Below, in pieces: positions 10,325 to 18,807 of a DNA stretch of 64,000 bases. The translations under genes and the position numbers were made by a program. Origin of the DNA: Promethearchaeia archaeon (lineage in GTDB: Archaea; Asgardarchaeota; Lokiarchaeia; Sigyniarchaeales; SOKP01); NCBI GenBank assembly GCA_029856155.1, contig JAHQWL010000075.1, positions 32,001-96,000 on the forward strand, given 5' to 3'. Each line of letters opens with the position of its first letter. The stretch's first letter is position 1. The notes beneath the pieces were generated by a model, which was not told the origin of the DNA, did not search any database, and worked only from the letters and a program-made list of their open reading frames with translations.

Positions 10325-10674
10325 TATATAATTCCTCTTAAGTGATAATGCTTTTCTTAATCATCGATTAATATGAGTTAAGAAAGAATTTTTGGTCATT
10401 CACCTTCTCTAATTAATTATAAAATAAAGATTTTCTTTAATTTAAATGAAAGAGTCCCGAAATTTTATGATTAATAAATAAATCGATGCAATAAAAAGCA
10501 ACTACTTCGCCAAATAAATAAAAATCTTTAACGTAGACTAAGCATACTTAAATTTAGCAAGTTATTCCATCCATATTTTTAATCGGAGTGACTAATTTAA
10601 CTCATCTCATTGAAAGATTGAAATTTAGTTTTTAATTAAAATTTATTGTTTAAAATAAGGAAATAATAAAATAA

Positions 10675-10869
10675 TTGAGAAAAAACTGCAAGAACCTCAT
10701 GAATTATATATTATTTAAGAATAAATATCCTATGTTTGATATTGAATATAAAATTAGACAGAGCTATTATAATGCTCTCGAAAATGCAAATCTAAAGGAA
10801 GATGATATGATTTTTATTGGTTGGTTTTGTAAAAGATATATTAAAGCAAATGAACATTACTTGAAATAA
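10675..10869 (+). pseudogene. C-terminal remnant of a Fic-domain protein
   Basis: LMNYILFKNKYPMFDI...RQSYYNALE resembles the segment after the Fic HPFxDGNGR motif; the motif itself is absent and T-A-R lies just upstream out of frame. Confidence 0.6.
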
Positions 10870-10938
10870 AAGTTTTATACCTTTTTGAGTGCCCGCTGTA
10901 AAAAAAATAATCGGAGTATCACATGCCTAACTAATAAG

Positions 10939-11042
10939 TGGGAAAGGGGGGCTTCGAACCCCCGACCTCACGGTTATCAGCCGTGCGCTATACCAGGCTA
11001 AGCCACTGAAGAGATACTTCTAACACAAGAATCCACTCTCCC
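10939..11042 (-). tRNA. tRNA-Ile(GAU) with ~30-nt insertion/intron at position 7/8 (11006-11035); alternative 5' end at 11055
   Basis: D arm, CACGG-CTGATAA-CCGTG, GGGGG-TTCGAAG-CCCCC, 3' CTTTCCCA; the 5' acceptor strand (GGGAGAG 11042-11036 or GGGAAAG 11055-11049) is separated from the D arm by an insert. Confidence 0.85.
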
Positions 11043-11199
11043 AAGCTGCTTTCCCTTTAAAGATTAATTATAAAAGTTTTAATTCTTTATTATTAAAAGT
11101 TGTAATGGTTATTATCAATGTACAATTTGTTGAATAATTTATATAATATATAGCTAAAAAATTTTTTGACAATTTGAAAAAGATAAATTTCCCTTAAAT

Positions 11200-12648
11200 T
11201 TACAAAAAGTCGTCTAAAGAACCCTTGATTCGATACGATTCACCATCTCCTAAAGGATCAAACCTAACATAGGGATCATATTTCATTTGAACATCATAAA
11301 GGCCAAATACATCTTTAACCTGTTCATTGAATTGTAGAACAATTTCCTGTATTACTCGTTTTTGATTTTTCAATAACATTTTTCGATTAAAACCGTCCTT
11401 TTCTTTCAAGCGTATTAGAATTATCTTTTTTCTATAAGAAACCTCATTTTTAATAGAGTCTCTCGCGTTTATTGAGGCAAAATCCTCCATACTATCGCAA
11501 AAAGGATTTTTTTTAATATTTATCTCATCATGATAAAAACCATCATATTCTCCAGCTATCGCAAATTTATAATTGATTCCGTCATTCCCTATAACATAAA
11601 CATTAGGACAAAAATGATCATATCTTAATTGGCCAACAAAAACAGGAATAGGATATTTAACTCCATTTATTCGTATTGTTCGGATAATGACCTTCTCTCT
11701 ATCAATTCCACAAGCCTGTTCTAACCTTACTTGAACTTTGAATTCTTTTTTAAAAAACTGCTCTAAATAAGTCCTCATCATTCTTTCACAGATCAACTCA
11801 TTACAATATGGGCACCAATTATAATCATATATTATTTTTCTCACTTGAATCGAGAATTCATGTCCTACTCCGCATGATATTTTTATATACCTATCAGTAG
11901 GATATTCAGTCATTAATTCATAAACAGTTCTCGAAGTCAGAATACGTGCTTTTCCATGACTTCGATACTGAATGAAGTCTTTAATATTCTCATATTCAAT
12001 TCTTTTTCGTATAGCACACGTTTTGCCCCATACTTCATCGTAAATCGCGCGTGATTCACCAGGATTATAGCATTTCACTTGAACAAGATATTCTATTACC
12101 CATGGTTTAAATGTATTTTTACTGATTATCCCATGCAAATCACCTTTTAGTAAATTATTCCTTGTTGGAATCAAAGATATGCTCTTAGGATATAATCTAA
12201 TATATTTTTCAATTATTTCATAAAACCTAATTTTTTCTTTTTTTTTAGCTGAATTTTCTGGCCAAAATAATTTTATAACATCTTCTACTGCTTCTTTCCC
12301 ATATAATATTTCTAACCAAGTTGAAATGTAAGCTCTAAGTGTTGGTCTTGAAATTCCTAAGCGATCTGAAATCGTTCGTAATGATCCAAATCTGTCATCA
12401 TATATAATGTCTTTAAAACAATTTATTGGGTCATTTCCTAATAAATCTATTACATAATTTCTAATTTTTTGTTTATCTATTTCACTGAGATTTGAACAAC
12501 TAGGTTTTAAACCTAAATTTATGTTGTTAGTACGAAAAAAATTCGAATTATTCGGGTCGTAATAATTAAAATGGCGACCTTTGGAGTTATTTAATCCACA
12601 ATAATTTTCACCATTAATATGATTCCTTTTGTTATTTTCTTTTTTCAT
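11200..12648 (-). CDS. HTH + Zn ribbon + Vsr/DUF559-like PD-(D/E)xK endonuclease
   Basis: SLRTISDRLGISRPTL (HTH); CGVGHEF...WCPYC; LRYDHF...GEYDGFYH...DSIKNE...IILIRL. Confidence 0.7.
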   Translation of the reverse strand: MKKENNKRNHINGENYCGLNNSKGRHFNYYDPNNSNFFRTNNINLGLKPSCSNLSEIDKQKIRNYVIDLLGNDPINCFKDIIYDDRFGSLRTISDRLGISRPTLRAYISTWLEILYGKEAVEDVIKLFWPENSAKKKEKIRFYEIIEKYIRLYPKSISLIPTRNNLLKGDLHGIISKNTFKPWVIEYLVQVKCYNPGESRAIYDEVWGKTCAIRKRIEYENIKDFIQYRSHGKARILTSRTVYELMTEYPTDRYIKISCGVGHEFSIQVRKIIYDYNWCPYCNELICERMMRTYLEQFFKKEFKVQVRLEQACGIDREKVIIRTIRINGVKYPIPVFVGQLRYDHFCPNVYVIGNDGINYKFAIAGEYDGFYHDEINIKKNPFCDSMEDFASINARDSIKNEVSYRKKIILIRLKEKDGFNRKMLLKNQKRVIQEIVLQFNEQVKDVFGLYDVQMKYDPYVRFDPLGDGESYRIKGSLDDFL

Positions 12649-13022
12649 TTAATCCCATACATCTTATAATTCTTCTGTTACTCTATTTTCAATAAAAATT
12701 TTATCAAACAATGAAATAAAAATCTATTTTATGTTTTAGAGTTATTATTTTATACATTTTTTATTAGAAATTACCACTTTAAAATCCGTGATATTTATCT
12801 TTTTCTTTCCTCTTTAGATATATAATCATTAGAGTTTATAAATTTATATATTTTCTATTCAAGCGATTTTATCTTTATAAATAAACTAAAAATCTTTAAT
12901 TTAATTTTGCCTTTATAAATCTTTCGTAAAACTAATTTATGTTAGCATACCCATAAATACTATAAAAAAATCAAATTAATGAAACCAAAAAAGTAAATAA
13001 ACTAAGGTATTATGAAAAATAT

Positions 13023-16000
13023 CTAGGATTCTAAAATTCGTTCATTTTCTACTTTTTCTTTGAAAATAAGTTCGGGATACAAAAATTCAAAAGTTTTACT
13101 AAACAATTTATGGTTCATCCACATTTCATTTTTTGTGTTCCATATTAAATTTTTTAAGGGATTATATTTTTCAAGAAAATTTTTATTTCCGTAGACCGAT
13201 TTGATAATAGAGTCACCATTAACCAAATCAGTTAATATCAAATATTTTTCAATCCTTAAGTACTGAAAAATATATTCAAAAATTCTTAAAAATTCAGCAA
13301 TTTCGCAATCTGGAAGATATAATTTGATCATTAGTCCACTATATATCTTTTTCTTCTTACTAAAGCCGTGAATATAATACTCTCCTTCAATTTCGTAAAT
13401 AAAACCTAAATTGAAATACTGAAATATGTATTTTAGTATATCAATTGTATCTTTTTTTAGATTTAGCAAAATAATATGGATAATTTCATTCAATCCCAAA
13501 TTTTTTGGAGTAATAATGGGAAAGATAATTTTCTTCTTGATTAAAGTTTGAATCTCATCGAAGATAGATTGGTTAATAATATTATAATTTTTCTTAATAT
13601 CAACAGAATGCCAATTATATATATGCAATAAAGCTTTAAAATAGGGAGAATTAGGTTTATAATAATCTGAAATTATTAAATCACCAGTATCAAAATGTTT
13701 CACGTCTGAAGTTTGAACTCTATAATTTGGATTGAAAAGAATATTTTGTATATAAGTATTAAAATTATTAGAATCTAAGTACCATCCATTTGAGCTTAAA
13801 TTATAGTTGAAATGGAAAATTTGAGAAACAGATTTAATAGTAAATAGGCAATATTCTCTTATTTTGTTTTTACTTCTCAACCAGTTAAGGTATGAAGTAT
13901 TGGGTTTATTGTAAGGAAATAGATATTTAATAAATATGGAATTAGAACTATCAATTGATGCCATATGCTTAATTTTTTGAAAAGTATTTGTAAATAATAT
14001 TTTGAAATCTACATCTTCTACATCAAAAGGAGTAATATATAAAAAGTATTGTCCTAATCCAAAATTTTGGAAAGCAGGAAGTAGTTTTATTGATTTTATA
14101 TATTGTCTAAAGAAATTTTCTTTTTTTATTATTTGAAATTCTCCTTTGTTCATAAAATGTTTTTCAAGATTTAAGTGAAAATGTATTAATTTTTGAATAT
14201 CTATTGGATTAAAACTGATACATTCAGATCTAATTCTTTTGTTGATTTTCTTAATAAGATTTGCCAGATTTTCTTTTATAGACCAATGTTTAATCGTACT
14301 AACTGATTTTTCTTTAAATTGGTTTAACTCTTCGCCACAAATATTTTTAGTGTAAAGAAAAAATTGCTCAAATAGATCTTTGGTGAAGAAAAACTCTTTC
14401 TTATTGAAATCATAAAAATCTTTTCTTGAAAAAGTATGTAAAAAACCGTCCCATGAATATCGTTTAAAAGATATAATATTTTCTTTAAAAATCTTAGATA
14501 TTACTGAAATTAATGTTATCTTTTCGTTATTATTCAAATATGGAATAAAAAGTTGTAAAAAAATAAATTCTTGGTTACTGAATAAATCTATTGTTTCATA
14601 GAAATAACTTTTAGGAAAATAATTTTTTATTTTATTTATTGTAGCTCTTACTTCAGGGGAATTTTTTAGTATTATTTGAGGAAAATAGCTTGCGACTGAA
14701 TTTGTCCATATAGTAGCAATTAAGTAGGGTTTAATTATCTTAGGATCTTTATTGATAAATTCATCTATCTTGAGATTAATTGTCTTATTTGATACATTAT
14801 AAGTTTTATTTTTTTTTTTTAATTCTCTTAATCGTGCTTTTTTTAATTTAGTAATCTTATTTGATAAGTTTGGATCATTGATTATTTTTTTAATTGATTT
14901 AATACTAAAAATTTTTAAATTAGAACATAACTTTAAAAATTCGTAAAAAATTCGGAGTTTTTCAACATCTTTAGCATATTTGGCTCTAGAATTCAAATAA
15001 TTCAGGAAGAGATTTTTAAAAGTAAAGGAATTTGAATCTATATGGTCAAATATATTACTTTCTTCAATTGATTGTATTATATTCTCTTTTTCAACAAATT
15101 CTTTAAATTGAATAAAATTATTCATTCTGTTTGTATCTTTCGATTCTTTTTCAATTATTTTGAAATAATTTACCCATTTTTTTAATTCATCTTTAATATA
15201 GAAAAATCCGAAATTTTGATTTCTTTCTAAAAAAATTACGAAATCCTTTCGGAGTTCAGGAGAATCAATTAGTATTTTCAAACTATTCTCTAATTCTTCA
15301 ATTAAACTATTTTCACCTATGAAAAAATTAGAATGATCAGATTTTATTATGTTTGAAATTTCCCTTTTTCTTGAAAAGTTTATTCCAACAAAAGAAAAAA
15401 ATCTTATTCTCTCTAAAATTAAAAAATCCAGAAGTGTTAGATTAGGTTTATTAAAGTCTTTATTATAATTTTGTATGAATTCGATTTCAAAGTCTTTTGA
15501 GTAGTTTTTATTATTAAGTTCTATTATCTGCCCATTTTTATAAGATTCTCTAAAATAATTTAAATTCAACGAAAAAACATACTTCTTTGCTAAAGAACAA
15601 TGTTTCTTAATTATGTATCCATATTTCTCCATTTCTTTCAACATATAAATCAAATCTTTAATATAAATTCTTGGAATAACAAAATATGCCGATAATTCTA
15701 CTGCAAAATTAGTTATCGAAAGTTTTGGCATAATTAGAAATGGCATTTGGTTAGTAATCTTGTCAATTTTAGCTTTTTCTAGTAGAGGATTGAATTGCAA
15801 ATGGCATGTAATAATAGCTATATTAATTGCTTTCCAATCAAAATAGTATGATGGGGTTATATAGCTATATTTATTAATCCATCGAAGGTTTTTTCTAAAA
15901 CTCCGTGAACTCAAATCAGTTTGGATGATTCCCTGTTTTTTAAAATTATTAAAGTAATTATAAAATCCTTCCAAAGTATCACAGTTTTTTATTTTGTAGA

Positions 16001-16688
16001 AAATTTTAGTTAAAATTCTAAGAGTTTCTGTAATCTCATTACTCTGTAAATTCTTTGAAGATTTGAACATAAAATCTTCATACATTTTATTAAAGTAAAA
16101 TTGTAGATTCTCATCGAAATCTAGGTTTGAATTTTGCCTGATGTATTCAAAAAAGAATTGTTTTGGACTTTCGGAATCTTTTGTTTCTTTTAATTCAAGG
16201 AATTTGTCAAAACGGAATTTATCTGATTGATTCGATAGAAAATTGTAATTCAAAAATCTTTCTCTTATGAAAAGTCCCCATTCTGTAACCGAGGTGAATT
16301 CTTTTAAATCAATTTCTACAAATTGGTTAATAGCAAAATCAATGAGATTTTTTTCTTTTAGATTATTCGGGATAAAAGTAAGATAAGCACTTTGAAGTAA
16401 TAGAAAGGGGAAGAACTTTCTATAATTTTTAAAAAGTTTAATATGATATATATCATCTCTTATAGATCTATTCACTCCGTAACTATGTAATCTTTTATCT
16501 GAATCTCTGTTCTCATTTATTTCATCAACAACATGTATTTTTACTTTTTTGTTGATTACATCTAAATTTAAATAAGCTTTTAACTCATTCATTAGATAAA
16601 TGAAAATCTGATTTATCTTAATAGGATCATCCATATTAGATAATTTTTTCAACTTATCTAAATTAGGAGAGTTAACCAAATTCATCAA
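13023..16688 (-). CDS. 1221-aa hypothetical protein with repeated Lrp/AsnC-like modules; paralogue of 1836-5462
   Basis: Full-length colinear similarity to 1836-5462 (FNPLLE, LDF..L.RI, RDFYDF/KDFYDF, LPAFQ.FG..QY, SYLNWL, WMNHKLF). Confidence 0.75.
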   Translation of the reverse strand: MMNLVNSPNLDKLKKLSNMDDPIKINQIFIYLMNELKAYLNLDVINKKVKIHVVDEINENRDSDKRLHSYGVNRSIRDDIYHIKLFKNYRKFFPFLLLQSAYLTFIPNNLKEKNLIDFAINQFVEIDLKEFTSVTEWGLFIRERFLNYNFLSNQSDKFRFDKFLELKETKDSESPKQFFFEYIRQNSNLDFDENLQFYFNKMYEDFMFKSSKNLQSNEITETLRILTKIFYKIKNCDTLEGFYNYFNNFKKQGIIQTDLSSRSFRKNLRWINKYSYITPSYYFDWKAINIAIITCHLQFNPLLEKAKIDKITNQMPFLIMPKLSITNFAVELSAYFVIPRIYIKDLIYMLKEMEKYGYIIKKHCSLAKKYVFSLNLNYFRESYKNGQIIELNNKNYSKDFEIEFIQNYNKDFNKPNLTLLDFLILERIRFFSFVGINFSRKREISNIIKSDHSNFFIGENSLIEELENSLKILIDSPELRKDFVIFLERNQNFGFFYIKDELKKWVNYFKIIEKESKDTNRMNNFIQFKEFVEKENIIQSIEESNIFDHIDSNSFTFKNLFLNYLNSRAKYAKDVEKLRIFYEFLKLCSNLKIFSIKSIKKIINDPNLSNKITKLKKARLRELKKKNKTYNVSNKTINLKIDEFINKDPKIIKPYLIATIWTNSVASYFPQIILKNSPEVRATINKIKNYFPKSYFYETIDLFSNQEFIFLQLFIPYLNNNEKITLISVISKIFKENIISFKRYSWDGFLHTFSRKDFYDFNKKEFFFTKDLFEQFFLYTKNICGEELNQFKEKSVSTIKHWSIKENLANLIKKINKRIRSECISFNPIDIQKLIHFHLNLEKHFMNKGEFQIIKKENFFRQYIKSIKLLPAFQNFGLGQYFLYITPFDVEDVDFKILFTNTFQKIKHMASIDSSNSIFIKYLFPYNKPNTSYLNWLRSKNKIREYCLFTIKSVSQIFHFNYNLSSNGWYLDSNNFNTYIQNILFNPNYRVQTSDVKHFDTGDLIISDYYKPNSPYFKALLHIYNWHSVDIKKNYNIINQSIFDEIQTLIKKKIIFPIITPKNLGLNEIIHIILLNLKKDTIDILKYIFQYFNLGFIYEIEGEYYIHGFSKKKKIYSGLMIKLYLPDCEIAEFLRIFEYIFQYLRIEKYLILTDLVNGDSIIKSVYGNKNFLEKYNPLKNLIWNTKNEMWMNHKLFSKTFEFLYPELIFKEKVENERILES

Positions 16689-16963
16689 TTTAATATATAA
16701 TTTTTGTCTTGAATCTAATATGCTGCAATTTACTTTTTAAAATTTTTCAAAGGAACTCCTTTTGTATCAAATATAATATTCCTTTATAAAGAAAAAATTG
16801 AAATAAAAATAATTCTACATAAGGATTTTATAAATATTTTTGATTCACTATAAGTGCAATTTAACCTAATTTTTATCGAAAATTAGAAAATTCTTTCTGT
16901 TTAAATAGAAGAATATAGAAGAAATGACATCAATTCATTTCATTTAATAAAAAGGTAATTAAT

Positions 16964-17077
16964 TTGAAATTATTTAAAGTATATAGAGTTCTTTTATTTG
17001 TATTAATCGGCATTGCTTCCTTTTTGCCTATGATTAGCATTGTATTAGGTTGGAAAGGAGATGGTGGAGGACCATAA
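16964..17077 (+). CDS. 37-aa putative secreted peptide precursor MKLFKVYRVLLFVLIGIASFLPMISIVLGWKGDGGGP
   Basis: AAAGGT SD 7 nt before TTG; basic n-region, hydrophobic h-region, V-L-G cleavage-like site, Gly-rich tail; T-tract about 40 nt downstream; not in ORF track. Confidence 0.65.
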   Translation: MKLFKVYRVLLFVLIGIASFLPMISIVLGWKGDGGGP

Positions 17078-17359
17078 TACAAAAAGCCCATTAATCAAAT
17101 AAAGAATATTTCAAATTTTTTTTACATTTATTTCTCTGATACCTGGATTTTTTATATTAAATTTATGAAATTGAAGCAATTTTTATTAAATTCTGGACTA
17201 ATTTAAAATAGATTTAGATATTTAGATTTAGAATTAACACTATTTAATGGTTGTTAGGAATAAATGTAATAAATAGTATTTAAAAAATTTTTTGACCAAA
17301 AAAATAATAAAATATGCTTATTTTTAATTAATATTATACAGTAGATGTGTTGAGATAAA

Positions 17360-17944
17360 TTGAAGTCGGGATATAGTCATGTGAAAGAAACGTTCGAAAA
17401 GCACGAAAAAGGATATCAAACACCACATTGGTATCGCGGAATTGAATATCGAAAAGGTAGATCGATTCAAAGAGTTGAAAAACCTACAAATCTTCATCGA
17501 GCAAGAACGTTAGGGTATAAGGCAAAACAAGGATACGTAATAGTTCGAGCAAGAATTAGGAAAGGAGGTATGCATAAAATTCGCCCAAAACGAGGAAGAA
17601 AACCAAGAGCTATGGGTGTTACTAGATATACAACTGGCAAGAATCTTCAATGGATTGCTGAGGAACGAGTTCAGAGAAAGTATCCAAATATGCAAGTTCT
17701 AAATAGTTACAAAATCTATGCCGATGGGAAACATTGGTATTACGAGACAATTTTAGTAGACCCCAATCATCCTGTAATTAAGTCGGATCCAAAAATCAAT
17801 TGGATAGCTGACCCACAACATACGAAGAGAGTAACTCGTGGTCTTACATCAGCAGGAAAAAGAGCTCGAGGCCTTCATAAGAAAGGTTGGGGATCAGAAA
17901 AAACACGACCAAGTATTAGAGCAAATAAGGGTCGTGGTAAGTAA
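17360..17944 (+). CDS. rpl15e: 50S ribosomal protein eL15
   Basis: [44 protein letters not shown]. Confidence 0.98.
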   Translation: MKSGYSHVKETFEKHEKGYQTPHWYRGIEYRKGRSIQRVEKPTNLHRARTLGYKAKQGYVIVRARIRKGGMHKIRPKRGRKPRAMGVTRYTTGKNLQWIAEERVQRKYPNMQVLNSYKIYADGKHWYYETILVDPNHPVIKSDPKINWIADPQHTKRVTRGLTSAGKRARGLHKKGWGSEKTRPSIRANKGRGK

Positions 17945-17986
17945 CTTTTGTAGTTTTATTTTCTCTTTTTAAAAATTTAAAAGAAA

Positions 17987-18784
17987 TTATAACTTATTTA
18001 TACTAATTGTCATTCCACCATCAAGGATTATATTTTGTCCCGTAATATAGTCTGATGCGGGGGATGCTAAGAACAACGCTACATCTGCAACTTGTGTAGA
18101 TTCTCCGATTTTATCAATTGGTAGTTTAACATTTCGTAATTTAATCCATTCTCTGATAAAATCTGGATCATTATTGTATATTGGCGTAAGGAAGATTCCT
18201 GGACAAATAGCATTTACTGTTATGTTGCTAGGGCCTAATTCAAGTGCCCAAAGTTTTGTAAAAGCAATAAGGGCAGCTTTACTGACGCTATACATCCCAA
18301 TAAATGGGTTTAAACCACATTCTGTACCTGCACATGACGTAATATTAATGATTTTTCCTGCTATCGGTTCAAATTTCTGTTTACTCATTTTTCTATAAAA
18401 TGCTTTTGTTATATTCCATGCTCCTTTTACATTTACATCCATAACTCTATTGTAGTCCTTAATTTTAGTTTTTAGACTTGAGGAACCTCCTCTTATCCCC
18501 GCATTATTTACTAAGATAAACACATTATCAAATTTATTAAAAACATTCTCACTCATGATGCTTACTTGTTCTTCATCAGAAATATCTGCTTGTTCAAGTA
18601 AAATCTCAACATTATTCGATTTTAGAACAATATCGCGGGTTTCTTTTATACTTTCAAGGTTAATATCATTTAATACTAAATTTGCACCTTTATTTGCAAA
18701 TGCAATCGCCATTTCACGACCAAATCCACTTCCTGCCCCTGTAATAAGGGCTACTTTTCCCTCCAAAAAGTTTTCTTCTGACAT
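17987..18784 (-). CDS. SDR family NAD(P)-dependent oxidoreductase
   Basis: TGAGSGFG, NNAG, YSVSK, VNAICPG. Confidence 0.95.
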   Translation of the reverse strand: MSEENFLEGKVALITGAGSGFGREMAIAFANKGANLVLNDINLESIKETRDIVLKSNNVEILLEQADISDEEQVSIMSENVFNKFDNVFILVNNAGIRGGSSSLKTKIKDYNRVMDVNVKGAWNITKAFYRKMSKQKFEPIAGKIINITSCAGTECGLNPFIGMYSVSKAALIAFTKLWALELGPSNITVNAICPGIFLTPIYNNDPDFIREWIKLRNVKLPIDKIGESTQVADVALFLASPASDYITGQNIILDGGMTISINKL

Positions 18785-18807
18785 ATTACTTCACTTTTAA
18801 TTAACTT

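Noticed and set aside
10360-10405. 12-codon minus-strand ORF (MTKNSFLTHINR) after AAGGTG upstream of the GIY-YIG gene
   Set aside because: SD spacing is too short and nothing else supports it; probably a remnant.
11043-11055. C8-containing tRNA 5' exon (GGGAAAG-CA-GCTT) needing Methanopyrus-like C-to-U editing, with an intron at 13/14
   Set aside because: No BHB/BHL can be drawn for that junction, whereas the 7/8 model gives one.
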